Assembly: GCA_035326105.1 (NCBI GenBank)
Contig: DAOKYO010000002.1
Location: 9,316-73,315, forward strand
Length of the DNA: 64,000 bases
From: Bacilli bacterium
GTDB taxonomy: Bacteria > Bacillota_I > Bacilli_A > RFN20 > CAG-826
Direction of reading: 5' to 3'
Below the pieces are notes generated by a model, which ran no database searches, was not told the DNA's origin, and worked only from the letters and a program-made list of their open reading frames with translations. A program made the position numbers and the translations under genes. Shown piece after piece: positions 40,233 to 49,842 of this stretch. How positions within the stretch are numbered: position 1 is the stretch's first letter; each line of letters starts with the position of its first letter.

Positions 40233-41672
40233 ATGGACAATGATAAAATGGCGAGCCATTTCACCGATGAGATTTACGCTAGTAAAAGTGAAGTTCAACG
40301 TGAACTTAATACAACTCTTGTCGATGGAGTGTGGGAAAAAATAATAAACTATCGGGCTCCATATACGCATGAGCTCCCTTTACGTATGGTTACAAGAGAG
40401 CCGATAAAAGTAGTTTTAACGCCTCGTCTTGTTGACGATATGAATCGTATCACTTTGCGTTTAACTTCCCTTGCGCGCAGAACATCGCGTTTGGGGCGCT
40501 CCATTGAAGCATATTCCCGTTTTCGGCAGATGGCTAAAGTCGATATTTTATCTCAAGTTGCCATGGCTTATGGATTAAAAACGGATGTCAACCTCCTATA
40601 CTTAATAGCGGAAAACAATATATCGACGCTTAAAAGTGAAGATTTAATTCTTTTACGCTACAACTCGGTTATTGATGAAATTCAGAAACAAGGCTCCCTT
40701 TTACCATCGGCCTCTTTCTTTGCTAATTTATTTTTTATTTTAGATGGCAGTCAACCCAGTTCGACTTTTTATCGAAAAGATGAAATTGCCGATTCACGGG
40801 AGCAAGCCCAAGTTAATCGCATCTATATTCACGCGCCGACAACGAGAATTGAGGATATGATGGAGGGCCTTTTTGCCCTTTTATCCGATGGTTCGCAACC
40901 GGTGATGATCAAACTGGCGACGGCAATTTTTTATTCGTCCTATATTGCGCCTTTTTCCTATCATTCTGAAATAATGGCGGTTATTTTAGGAAAAATGGTT
41001 TTAGCCAGTGAAGAATTTGATGATATCGCGAGCCTCATTAATCTCGAAAAGGTTTTTGGTGCTTATAAAGCCAAATTTGAAGAGGCTTCTTTACAGACAA
41101 AGAAAAATGGCGATTTGACTTATGTAATTTCTTTGCTAAATCCGATTTTCGATGAAATTATCGCTTCATTATCGACATTCATTTTAAAAGATGAACGGCA
41201 AATGGTGGCTGATGAAAGTTATGCAGTTGACGAATTATCTATAGAAGTGCATAATCAAGCGCGGGATGATGTTGCCTTGCCTTCGCAAGACCAGGCATCT
41301 ATTCTTCCCCGTGAGCGGTTTATTAATCGGGACGACATTAATTTTACCGAGCGACTTACCGAGCATAGCGGAATAGAAAATGATGTTCGACTGGCTCTGG
41401 AGCACCTGCCGGTCGGCCTCGATGAAAGTGATGCGCAAAAACTTGAGCAACATCTGTTGGAACTCGATCCCAATTTGAAACGCGGTGAGGCTTCCTTCTA
41501 TGCTCGTCATTGCACGATAGGAAAGTTTTATACGATTGCTCAGTATAAGCGGCTTCTAAAATGCGCTTATGAGACGGCCCGTACCGCGATGGATCATCTG
41601 GCGATGAACGGATACTATCGCAAGGAGCAATTAAAAAACAAGTTTATTTATACGCCGATTCCGCGGCGTTAA
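40233..41672 (+). CDS. Hypothetical 479-aa protein (possible degenerate Fic-fold region and C-terminal wHTH-like tail; not confidently assigned)
   Basis: No canonical motif. The segment AIFYSSYIAPFSYHSEIMAVILGKM loosely parallels the Fic core (..IHPFxDGNGR..) but lacks His/Gly/Asn/Arg. Apparently co-transcribed with lepA (no terminator between). Confidence 0.45.
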   Translation: MDNDKMASHFTDEIYASKSEVQRELNTTLVDGVWEKIINYRAPYTHELPLRMVTREPIKVVLTPRLVDDMNRITLRLTSLARRTSRLGRSIEAYSRFRQMAKVDILSQVAMAYGLKTDVNLLYLIAENNISTLKSEDLILLRYNSVIDEIQKQGSLLPSASFFANLFFILDGSQPSSTFYRKDEIADSREQAQVNRIYIHAPTTRIEDMMEGLFALLSDGSQPVMIKLATAIFYSSYIAPFSYHSEIMAVILGKMVLASEEFDDIASLINLEKVFGAYKAKFEEASLQTKKNGDLTYVISLLNPIFDEIIASLSTFILKDERQMVADESYAVDELSIEVHNQARDDVALPSQDQASILPRERFINRDDINFTERLTEHSGIENDVRLALEHLPVGLDESDAQKLEQHLLELDPNLKRGEASFYARHCTIGKFYTIAQYKRLLKCAYETARTAMDHLAMNGYYRKEQLKNKFIYTPIPRR

Positions 41673-41682
41673 TGAGGTAATT

Positions 41683-41916
41683 ATGAATTATACAGTTTAT
41701 TCCATTCTCGACAATTCGCTGTTTGTATTATTAATCCTGCTGCTATTCTTTGGATTGATTGCTCTTTTGGTCTATATTATCCGAAAAAAGGTTCCCGCCT
41801 TTCGGGATGATATCAAGCCGACTGATGAAGCGAAACAAGTTCAAGAAGAGCTCGATCGGGTTCTAGTCGAGTACAAGGAAGAAAAGAAAAAAGACGACAA
41901 TAGTGACGAGGAATAA
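41683..41916 (+). CDS. Small membrane protein: one TM helix plus a highly charged C-terminal tail
   Basis: 77 aa; LFVLLILLLFFGLIALLVYII then KKVPAFRDD...EEKKKDDNSDEE. Confidence 0.45.
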   Translation: MNYTVYSILDNSLFVLLILLLFFGLIALLVYIIRKKVPAFRDDIKPTDEAKQVQEELDRVLVEYKEEKKKDDNSDEE

Positions 41917-41922
41917 ATAAAG

Positions 41923-43032
41923 ATGTCTAACTCAGCACATGCGTTATATGTGCATATTCCTTTTTGTGAACATATCTGTGGCTACTGTGATTTTACAAAG
42001 ATGATTTATAACTCTGCCTGGGTGGAGGATTATCTTTCGGCCCTAAAGCAAGAAATCGTCGCCCGGGCGATTAATCCGGGCGATATTAGGACAGTTTATA
42101 TTGGCGGTGGGACTCCGAGTGCGCTTAATTTGAAACAATTGGAGCGCCTTTTTGTTATTTTGGCCCCATATATGGCTTTTGCTGATGAAAAGACAATTGA
42201 ATTGAATGTTGAAAATACGGATTTGTCAAAATTGGAATTATTTAAAACGAAGGGGATTAATCGCCTTTCCGTCGGTGTCCAGTCTTTTGATGACAATGTT
42301 CTTAAAGCATGTGACCGAAAGCATACCGGAGAAGACGCATTAACGGCTTTAAAACTTATAAAAGATATCGGTTTTACAAATTTCAGTTTAGATTTGATCT
42401 ATGGGTTACCCGAGCAAACGCCGGATTCTTTTTGGCGCGATTTACAAAAGGTGATTGCCCTGTCTCCCCCGCATGTTTCGCTTTACTCACTGACGGTAAA
42501 TCCGGGGACGTTATTTAGCTATCGCCAAGTGAAGGAAATAAGCGAGGATGATTCATTATCCTTTTACCGCCTTGCCACCTCTTTTTTGCGCGCAAATGGA
42601 TATGAACGGTACGAAGTGAGTAATTTTGCTAAAGAGGGATACTATAGCCGGCACAATCTTGCTTATTGGCGTAATCAACATTATTACGGGGTAGGGTTAG
42701 GCGCATCCGGTTACGTTGATAATAGCCGTTATCAAAACACGCGAAATTTTAAAAAGTATTTAAGCGGTGCATACTTGGACGAGGTAGAAATGATTACTTC
42801 AAAGGATGAAATTGAATACTATTTGCTAACTAATTTACGTCTACAAAAAGGCTTCTCGCTGGATGAATTTCAGCAGCTTTTTTGCTTTGATTTTCTGGAA
42901 AAATTTGCCAAGCCACTAGATAACTTAATAAGCAATAAGTTAGTAGTTATCGATGATAATCGTCTTTTTGCGACCGATGAGGGAACGGAAAAGCTAAACT
43001 ACGTATTATTGTCATTAATAACAATTTTATAG
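41923..43032 (+). CDS. hemW: Radical SAM heme chaperone HemW (oxygen-independent coproporphyrinogen-III oxidase-like)
   Basis: 369 aa; CEHICGYCDF CxxxCxxC radical-SAM motif; conserved position between lepA and hrcA. Confidence 0.85.
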   Translation: MSNSAHALYVHIPFCEHICGYCDFTKMIYNSAWVEDYLSALKQEIVARAINPGDIRTVYIGGGTPSALNLKQLERLFVILAPYMAFADEKTIELNVENTDLSKLELFKTKGINRLSVGVQSFDDNVLKACDRKHTGEDALTALKLIKDIGFTNFSLDLIYGLPEQTPDSFWRDLQKVIALSPPHVSLYSLTVNPGTLFSYRQVKEISEDDSLSFYRLATSFLRANGYERYEVSNFAKEGYYSRHNLAYWRNQHYYGVGLGASGYVDNSRYQNTRNFKKYLSGAYLDEVEMITSKDEIEYYLLTNLRLQKGFSLDEFQQLFCFDFLEKFAKPLDNLISNKLVVIDDNRLFATDEGTEKLNYVLLSLITIL

Positions 43033-43035
43033 TTT

Positions 43036-43062
43036 TTAGCACTTTGTTGTTGACAGTGCTAA
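43036..43062 (+). promoter_or_regulatory. CIRCE operator 1 (HrcA binding site)
   Basis: TTAGCACTT-N9-CAGTGCTAA inverted repeat (consensus TTAGCACTC-N9-GAGTGCTAA); overlaps the -35 TTGACA at 43050-43055. Confidence 0.75.
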
Positions 43063-43077
43063 GTGAATGTTTATAAT
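43050..43077 (+). promoter_or_regulatory. Sigma-A promoter of the hrcA-grpE-dnaK-dnaJ operon
   Basis: TTGACA (43050-55), 16-nt spacer, TATAAT (43072-77). Confidence 0.7.
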
Positions 43078-43081
43078 ATAG

Positions 43082-43108
43082 TTAGCACTTTGAAAATGCG
43101 AGTGCTAA
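43082..43108 (+). promoter_or_regulatory. CIRCE operator 2 (HrcA binding site)
   Basis: TTAGCACTT-tgaaaatgc-GAGTGCTAA, a near-perfect CIRCE, 13 nt upstream of the hrcA ATG. Confidence 0.85.
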
Positions 43109-43120
43109 AGGAGTGGAATT

Positions 43121-44146
43121 ATGGATCTTTCAAGACGTGAATTGATTCTGAAGTACATTGTTGAATACTTTATAAAAACTGCCACTCCGGTTGGGAGTCA
43201 AACTCTGTTGGATGAGTATGATCTTTCCTATTCGTCAGCGACGATTCGCAATGAGATGAATATGCTAGAGAGCGATGGTTTTCTTGAGAAAACCCACACT
43301 TCTTCTGGACGGGTACCTTCTTCTAAGGGATATCGCTATTATGTCGATCACCTTCGCGGTCATTCGGTTGAGGAAAGCGTCAAAATGCAGATTCAGACGG
43401 TGCTAGAGGAAAAAACGGCCACGGCGGAAGAAGTTATAAAATCAAGTTGCGAAATTTTGGCGCATATGACCAATTTAGCAAGCGTGGTTTTAGGGCCGAA
43501 TGCCAGTGAAGAAAAACTGCTTTCAATTCAAATTATTCCGATTAATGCGAATACGGCTACCGCGATATTTGTTACTGACCAGGGGTATGTGGAGAATAAA
43601 ACCTTCGTTATTCCTGAAAAAACTAATGTCGATGAAGTCAAAAAATGCCTTGTAATTCTCAATGATCGTTTAACCGGGACACCGATTTCGGATGTTATCG
43701 ATAAAATGGACAGTCTAAAGCCGATGGTGAGCGATTATGTGATTGAGCACACAGTAATATATCAGGCTTTTGCGGATGCGTTTTTGCGGTTCGCTCAAGA
43801 TCGCTTATCAATGTATGGCAAATCATCGCTGCTTAATCAGCCGGAATACAAGAATGATGCCGACAAGTTAAAACGTCTAATCTCGTTACTTGACAATAAG
43901 AAACAACTGTCCGAACTCTTGTCTAGTAAAGATCAAGTCAGCGTTAAAATTGGCGATGCCGATGAGGACAAAGACATATCGGTTGTAACCGCTAAAGTTC
44001 GGATTCCTGGTCATCAGCCGGGAACGATAGCGGTCATGGGGCCAACTCGAATGGACTATGATCGAATAGTTTCGACCTTGGAGTATGTTGTCAAAGAACT
44101 TGAAGATTATTTTGAAGATTTCGACAGTGAAAGTGAGGATGAGTGA
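43121..44146 (+). CDS. hrcA: Heat-inducible transcription repressor HrcA
   Basis: 341 aa; N-terminal wHTH (VGSQTLLDEYDLSYSSATIRNEM..LE..G.L); first gene of the dnaK operon behind CIRCE. Confidence 0.9.
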   Translation: MDLSRRELILKYIVEYFIKTATPVGSQTLLDEYDLSYSSATIRNEMNMLESDGFLEKTHTSSGRVPSSKGYRYYVDHLRGHSVEESVKMQIQTVLEEKTATAEEVIKSSCEILAHMTNLASVVLGPNASEEKLLSIQIIPINANTATAIFVTDQGYVENKTFVIPEKTNVDEVKKCLVILNDRLTGTPISDVIDKMDSLKPMVSDYVIEHTVIYQAFADAFLRFAQDRLSMYGKSSLLNQPEYKNDADKLKRLISLLDNKKQLSELLSSKDQVSVKIGDADEDKDISVVTAKVRIPGHQPGTIAVMGPTRMDYDRIVSTLEYVVKELEDYFEDFDSESEDE

Positions 44147-44760
44147 CTGTGAAAGAGAAGCAAGACAAAAATTTGAATCCAAAGCAAGATGCGGAGGCCG
44201 CATCAAATCCGAAAGAAGAGAAAAAGCCGACATTCGAGGAACAAGTCGGGGAGTTGGAAAAGCAAATTGAAGAGTGGAAGAATAAGTACTATTTGGCTTT
44301 TGCCGATACCGAGAATCTTCGCAAGCAATATGAAAAAGACCAACGGGAGTTCATTAAGTATCGGGCGATGGGATTTGTCGACAAACTTCTGCCGATACTC
44401 GACAATTTCCATATGGTTTTGGGTAAGGAAGTTGCCGATCCGGTTTTAAAGAATTATTTGACGGGCTTCCAATATATCTATCGGCAGATGGTCGAGGTTC
44501 TTGATTCGGAAGGAGTTAAGGAGATTGCGCCGAAAATTGGCGATCAATTTGATGAGCGTAAAATGCATGCAGTGGATACGGAAGAGCATGATGATCTCCC
44601 GCCCAATCAGGTGGTACACGTCTTTACAAATGGTTACATTTTGGTTGATCGGTTAGTTCGACCGGCTCAAGTTCGAGTTTCAAAAGAGAAGGTCGTTCAA
44701 CCAACCGAACAAGCAGATGAAAATAAACAAGAAAAGAAAGAAGAGCAAAATCTTAATTAA
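44143..44760 (+). CDS. grpE: Nucleotide exchange factor GrpE
   Basis: About 205 aa; GTG start overlapping the hrcA stop; coiled-coil N-part and conserved C-terminal beta domain. Confidence 0.85.
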   Translation: MTVKEKQDKNLNPKQDAEAASNPKEEKKPTFEEQVGELEKQIEEWKNKYYLAFADTENLRKQYEKDQREFIKYRAMGFVDKLLPILDNFHMVLGKEVADPVLKNYLTGFQYIYRQMVEVLDSEGVKEIAPKIGDQFDERKMHAVDTEEHDDLPPNQVVHVFTNGYILVDRLVRPAQVRVSKEKVVQPTEQADENKQEKKEEQNLN

Positions 44761-44778
44761 AAAAGGAGATTATTTATT

Positions 44779-46617
44779 ATGGCAAAGGAAATTATTTTAG
44801 GTATTGACTTAGGAACAACCAATTCCGTCGTTAGTTATATGCAAGCCGACGGTTCAGTAAAAGTTATTCCCAACCCCGAGGGACACAACACGACTCCATC
44901 GGTGGTTGCTTTTAAGAGCAATGGCGAGGAAATTGTCGGGGATGCGGCTAAACGGCAGGCCATTACTAATCCGGACACGGTTATGAGTATTAAGCGGAAG
45001 ATGGGAACCAATGAAAAAGTCCGCGTCAGCTGCTTAAATAAAGACTTCACCCCGCAGGAAATTTCGGCTAAAGTTTTAGCCTATATGAAAAAGTACGCCG
45101 AGGAAAATCTTGGTCAGAAAGTTTCAAAAGCAGTTATTACCGTTCCGGCATATTTTAACGATGCCCAACGGCAGGCCACCAAAGACGCCGGTCAAATTGC
45201 CGGGCTTGATGTCGTTCGGATTATCAACGAACCGACAGCTGCCAGTTTGGCCTATGGATTAGAAAATAAAAAAGAAGAAAAAATTCTGGTTTTTGACTTA
45301 GGTGGAGGCACGTTTGATGTTTCTATCTTGGAGATTGGCGATGGTACATTTGAAGTTATTGCTACTTCAGGCGACAACCGTTTAGGCGGCGATGACTGGG
45401 ATAAAGTGGTGGCGGATTGGATTCATGATCAGATTCGTTCACAATATGGCGTTGATCTTAACGATAAGATGGCTATCCAACGTTTCCGGGACGCGGCCGA
45501 AAAAGCAAAAATTGAATTAAGCGCGCAATTATCAACGACGATTTCTCTCCCCTTTATCGGGATGGGAAAAGACGGACCAATCAGTTTTGAAACAACGCTG
45601 ACGAGAGCAAAATTCCAGGAGATGACGAAGGATTTACTCCGGCGGACGGAAGAGCCGGTTCGTAGAGCCCTGGCCGACGCCAAAATGAGCGCCAGCGATC
45701 TTGATGAAGTCCTCTTAATCGGCGGTTCCATTCGGATGCCGGCAGTTCAAGAACTTGTCAAACAATTAACGGGCAAGAATCCTAACCTCTCAATTAATCC
45801 GGATGAAGCTGTTTCAATTGGCGCCTCAGTACAAGGCGGTATTGTCAGTGGCGATGTCAAGGACGTAGTCCTTCTCGACGTTACGCCATTGACCTTAGGT
45901 ATCGAGACGATGGGTGAAGTTATGACTCCGCTCATCCAGCGGAATACAACCATTCCGACAACGAAGAGCCAAATCTTCTCCACGGCGGCCGATAATCAAC
46001 CCAGTGTTGATATTATGGTCTACCAGGGCGAAAGACCGATGGCTCGGGACAATAAACTTCTAGGTCATTTCCGGCTGGATGGAATTAAACCGGCTCGCCG
46101 TGGTCAACCCCGTATTGAAGTTACTTTCTCCATTGATGTCAATGGTATTGTTAAGGTGACGGCAAAGGATCTTGATACGGCTAAGGAACAACAAATCACT
46201 ATTACCGGATCATCCGGTTTGAGCAAGGATGAGATTGATCGGATGGTGAAGGAAGCCGAAGCAAACAAGGATGCCGATGAAAAGCGGAAAGAAGAAGTCG
46301 AACTCAAGAACAAAGCCGAAAGTTTCATCAACTCGATTGATGAAGGGCTTAAAGAAAAAGGCGCTTCGATGGATGCTAAGCAAAAAGAAGAAACGGAAAA
46401 GCTCCGCGATGAATTGAAGAAGGCACTTGATGCTAACGATATGGATACATTGCGCAGCAAGATTAACGAATTGGAAAAGGCAGCCGAAATGATGGCGCAA
46501 ATGCAAGCCGATCAAGGCGGTAAGCCGGAAGAAAACGCCTCGGGCGGTAAAGATAATTCTGATAGTAAGGGCGATGATGTCGTCGATGCCGACTTTACTG
46601 AAGACAAGAAAAAGTAA
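44779..46617 (+). CDS. dnaK: Molecular chaperone DnaK (Hsp70)
   Basis: 612 aa; [16 protein letters not shown], canonical Hsp70. Confidence 0.97.
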   Translation: MAKEIILGIDLGTTNSVVSYMQADGSVKVIPNPEGHNTTPSVVAFKSNGEEIVGDAAKRQAITNPDTVMSIKRKMGTNEKVRVSCLNKDFTPQEISAKVLAYMKKYAEENLGQKVSKAVITVPAYFNDAQRQATKDAGQIAGLDVVRIINEPTAASLAYGLENKKEEKILVFDLGGGTFDVSILEIGDGTFEVIATSGDNRLGGDDWDKVVADWIHDQIRSQYGVDLNDKMAIQRFRDAAEKAKIELSAQLSTTISLPFIGMGKDGPISFETTLTRAKFQEMTKDLLRRTEEPVRRALADAKMSASDLDEVLLIGGSIRMPAVQELVKQLTGKNPNLSINPDEAVSIGASVQGGIVSGDVKDVVLLDVTPLTLGIETMGEVMTPLIQRNTTIPTTKSQIFSTAADNQPSVDIMVYQGERPMARDNKLLGHFRLDGIKPARRGQPRIEVTFSIDVNGIVKVTAKDLDTAKEQQITITGSSGLSKDEIDRMVKEAEANKDADEKRKEEVELKNKAESFINSIDEGLKEKGASMDAKQKEETEKLRDELKKALDANDMDTLRSKINELEKAAEMMAQMQADQGGKPEENASGGKDNSDSKGDDVVDADFTEDKKK

Positions 46618-46636
46618 ACGATTGAATTAATTTTTC

Positions 46637-46663
46637 GGGCTGAGGGGAGTTAACCCTCAGCCC
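46637..46663 (+). other. GC-rich hairpin between dnaK and dnaJ (no U-tract; possible partial terminator or processing site)
   Basis: 10-bp stem gggctgaggg / ccctcagccc with a 7-nt loop, followed by ttgctgg rather than a T-run. Confidence 0.6.
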
Positions 46664-46684
46664 TTGCTGGAAAGGAAGGACGAT

Positions 46685-47821
46685 ATGGCTGAAAAGCGTG
46701 ATTATTATGAGGTGTTAGGCGTAAGTAAGACAGCTTCGGCTGACGAAATTCGCCAAGCCTATCGAAAACTTGCCAAAAAATATCATCCAGATGTTAATAA
46801 AGAGGCGGGAGCGGAAGAAAAGTTTAAAGAAGTACAAGAGGCCTATGATGTTTTAAAAGACGATCAAAAACGGGCCGCTTACGATCGTTTTGGTCATGCT
46901 GCTTTCGATCAAACCGCAGGTCAAAATCCTTTTAATGGAGGATTCGGCGGCGGATTTAGCGGTGGTTTCCAAGATGTCGATCTCGGAGATATTTTTAGTT
47001 CCTTCTTTGGTGGCGGGTCTTCGCGGCGAACTCGCTCAGCCAATGGTCCCCAAAGGGGCGATGACTCTTTAACGCGGGTGAAGATATCTTTTATGGATGC
47101 TATCAATGGTAAGGATATTACTTTGAAGGTAACCTACGATGAACCATGCGCGCATTGCCATGGAACGGGAGCCGATAGCCCGAGTGATATCCATACTTGC
47201 CATACCTGCGGTGGCAGTGGTTATGTTCGTAGTCAACGTCAGACAATTTTAGGGACGATGGAAACGCAATCCCCCTGCCCGACCTGCGGTGGCACGGGTA
47301 AAGAAGTTACCACCAAGTGTCATGTTTGCGGCGGCAGCGGTTATTCCCGTGTTAAGACGGATTTGAAGGTGAAGATTCCGGCCGGAATCAATAACGGTCA
47401 ACAAATCCGAATTCCGGGTAAGGGTAACCGCGGATTAAACGGCGGGACTAATGGTGATCTTTTCATCGAGGTGGTCGTTGCCGAGCACGAGTTCTTTGTC
47501 CGGGATGGAAGCAATATCCATCTTAAAGTACCCCTCAGTTTCATGGAGGCCGCTTTAGGAACGGAAATTGATGTTCCGACTGTCTACGGAGATGTGAAAA
47601 TGAAGATTCCTGCGGGAACGCAGCCGGGAACTGTTCTGCGCCTGAAGGGCAAAGGGGTCAAGGATCTGCGCGGTTCGGTTGGCGACCAATATGTTGAATT
47701 GGAAGTCAAAACTCCGACCAACCTCAGCAAGAAACAGAAAGACCTGTTGGAGCAGTTAAAAAATGCCGATAGCGGAGATGAGAGTTTCTTTGAAAGGTTT
47801 AAAAAGAAATTTAAATGGTAA
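46685..47821 (+). CDS. dnaJ: Molecular chaperone DnaJ
   Basis: J domain with HPD (KKYHPDVNK), G/F-rich region, four CxxCxGxG zinc-finger repeats; ATG at 46685 after AAGGAAGG. Confidence 0.95.
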   Translation: MAEKRDYYEVLGVSKTASADEIRQAYRKLAKKYHPDVNKEAGAEEKFKEVQEAYDVLKDDQKRAAYDRFGHAAFDQTAGQNPFNGGFGGGFSGGFQDVDLGDIFSSFFGGGSSRRTRSANGPQRGDDSLTRVKISFMDAINGKDITLKVTYDEPCAHCHGTGADSPSDIHTCHTCGGSGYVRSQRQTILGTMETQSPCPTCGGTGKEVTTKCHVCGGSGYSRVKTDLKVKIPAGINNGQQIRIPGKGNRGLNGGTNGDLFIEVVVAEHEFFVRDGSNIHLKVPLSFMEAALGTEIDVPTVYGDVKMKIPAGTQPGTVLRLKGKGVKDLRGSVGDQYVELEVKTPTNLSKKQKDLLEQLKNADSGDESFFERFKKKFKW

Positions 47822-47846
47822 GGGATTTATTCCCTTACTTTTTTTT
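47818..47846 (+). terminator. Intrinsic terminator after dnaJ
   Basis: gtaaggga-tttat-tcccttac followed by a T8 run; overlaps the dnaJ stop. Confidence 0.8.
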
Positions 47847-47892
47847 CACTTATCGATATTTGTTGATATAATTAAAGGCAAGGAGATTACGT

Positions 47893-48336
47893 ATGTCAAA
47901 ATGTCGAAACTGCGGAGGGGAAATTAATGATGATGCGCGTATTTGCCCTCATTGTGGCATCTCATATCCCGGCGGATTATCGAAGGAAATTGGCGATGAC
48001 TTTACGACTCGACTTGATCCGGTTTTACCCGAGTACGAGTTATATCGGATGCGAACGAGAAAGACCACCTGTCTCTTATTTTGCTTGGCGGGCTGGACGG
48101 GCGCAGGTTTCTTTTATTTAGGAAATAAAATCAAGGGAACGATATGGCTTTTAGGTTCGCTTTTATTTATTGTCGGTCTCTCGGTATTAGGAATTGTCTA
48201 CCAAACACAAGATCATCCCGCGTGGCTATATATTCTCATTGTGATGGGAATTGTTTATTGCGTAAACATTGGTTTTGGATTATATTTTTTATTTGCATCC
48301 GGCGTTAAGGATGCCGAAGAGGAGCTTTTGCGCTGA
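47893..48336 (+). CDS. Zinc-ribbon + TM2-domain membrane protein
   Basis: 147 aa; CRNCGG...CPHCG zinc ribbon followed by two TM helices with a TM2-like GWTGAGFFYLG motif. Confidence 0.55.
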   Translation: MSKCRNCGGEINDDARICPHCGISYPGGLSKEIGDDFTTRLDPVLPEYELYRMRTRKTTCLLFCLAGWTGAGFFYLGNKIKGTIWLLGSLLFIVGLSVLGIVYQTQDHPAWLYILIVMGIVYCVNIGFGLYFLFASGVKDAEEELLR

Positions 48337-49064
48337 TGCAACGATATTTTGTTCAAGACATTAAAAATAATCAGGAAATCGCATTTACACGGGAAGATGA
48401 ATTTCATATCCTGCGGGTGATGCGCTTTAAAGTTCATCAGAGGTTGGAGGTCGTCTTTGAAAATAAACTTTTTCTTGGCGAAATTATCAATGTCAATCCT
48501 TTGAAAGCAATCGTTCGTGAGCCTTTATTTGAAAACAGCGAGAATGAAAGCGATGTTACAATTCTCTTTGCTCTTGCTAAAGCGGAAAAACCGGATTTGG
48601 TGATTCAAAAGTGCACCGAATTGGGAATTAAACGAGTCATTCTTTTTGCGAGCGAACATTCGGTGGTTAAAATTGATGCGTCCCGAATTGAAAATAAACG
48701 CAATCGATATATGACGATTGCTAAAGAAGCCAGCGAACAATGTCACCGGCTGGCAATTCCGGAAATAATCGGACCGATGTCTTTAAAAGAAGCGTTGAGT
48801 TACGATCGTTCCAAACATCGCTTTGTTTGTGATACCACCCAGGCCGAAGACGGGAAAATCTGGTCAATTAAGGCGGCCCAAGCATCCGTCGAAGCCCGAG
48901 ACTCAATCGCCGTTGCCATTGGTCCCGAAGGGGGCTTTAGTCCCAGCGAAATAGCCTTGTTCCATCAGATGAAATTTGCCAGTCTTTCACTTGGTCCACG
49001 CATTCTCCGATCGGAAACGGCGGCAATTACGGCTGCGGCCCTTTTCAGCATTTTGAATTATTGA
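48336..49064 (+). CDS. rsmE: 16S rRNA (uracil1498-N3)-methyltransferase RsmE
   Basis: 242 aa; PUA-like N-domain and SPOUT C-domain (IAIGPEGGFS, GPRILR.ETA); conserved position downstream of dnaJ. Confidence 0.8.
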   Translation: MQRYFVQDIKNNQEIAFTREDEFHILRVMRFKVHQRLEVVFENKLFLGEIINVNPLKAIVREPLFENSENESDVTILFALAKAEKPDLVIQKCTELGIKRVILFASEHSVVKIDASRIENKRNRYMTIAKEASEQCHRLAIPEIIGPMSLKEALSYDRSKHRFVCDTTQAEDGKIWSIKAAQASVEARDSIAVAIGPEGGFSPSEIALFHQMKFASLSLGPRILRSETAAITAAALFSILNY

Positions 49065-49080
49065 TGAGGAAAAAGAAAAT

Positions 49081-49839
49081 ATGATTCACTTGTATGAATA
49101 TTTGTATCGGCACCAAAAGCCCCGAAATCTAGACTTAACCGTCGATGGCGAGTATTTTTTAAAGCACCGCGATGAATTGCTTTTGCGCCCGCGTTATAGC
49201 AACCTTTACGAGGTGGATAATGAGTTTGATATCGTCCGGGCAAACATTATTCTTCGCTCGCTTGACACCTTAAGAACCCTGAACAGCGCCATTCAAAAAC
49301 TTGGGCTTGACACGGACAGGATGGATGACAATCGCTTAAAAGCAGTATTTGCGACAATTTTTAAGGATGCACCATATTTTTTTATTGAAGATGAGGAAGC
49401 TTATTTTCCTTTATTTTCTCGGGTCTTTAATCTTATATATGGCGTCGACAGCGCCAAACTTTTCTCTTTGCCCTTAAATCGTATGATTGAGGAATTAGAT
49501 GGGGAGATGGTCGATCCGTTTGAAGAGTATAATTTCCCGCTTTTTGGCAGCAATTTCACCCAGTTAGTTCTTGTCGGTGGGGACAAAACAACCCGAGCCT
49601 ACTATCATTTGGATTTTCAAATGGTTTTTATCGTCAATCTTCAGGGCACATTGGATACCAAAATTACCCTTTTTGACAGTAAAATTCGCAATGTAAATAC
49701 CAGCCATATTATTTCGCGTTTAAAGCCGGTTATTCAGGCTTACTATGACAATAATCGCATTAAGATGATCGATATGCTCTACCAAGGAGAATTTATATCC
49801 GTCTATGCTTATAATCTTCTTTTAGGAAAAATGGTGTGA
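49081..49839 (+). CDS. Hypothetical protein, 252 aa, no recognisable domain
   Basis: Six-frame ORF only; spacing to neighbours suggests co-transcription (16 nt after rsmE, 3 nt before mtaB). Confidence 0.45.
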   Translation: MIHLYEYLYRHQKPRNLDLTVDGEYFLKHRDELLLRPRYSNLYEVDNEFDIVRANIILRSLDTLRTLNSAIQKLGLDTDRMDDNRLKAVFATIFKDAPYFFIEDEEAYFPLFSRVFNLIYGVDSAKLFSLPLNRMIEELDGEMVDPFEEYNFPLFGSNFTQLVLVGGDKTTRAYYHLDFQMVFIVNLQGTLDTKITLFDSKIRNVNTSHIISRLKPVIQAYYDNNRIKMIDMLYQGEFISVYAYNLLLGKMV

Positions 49840-49842
49840 CGT

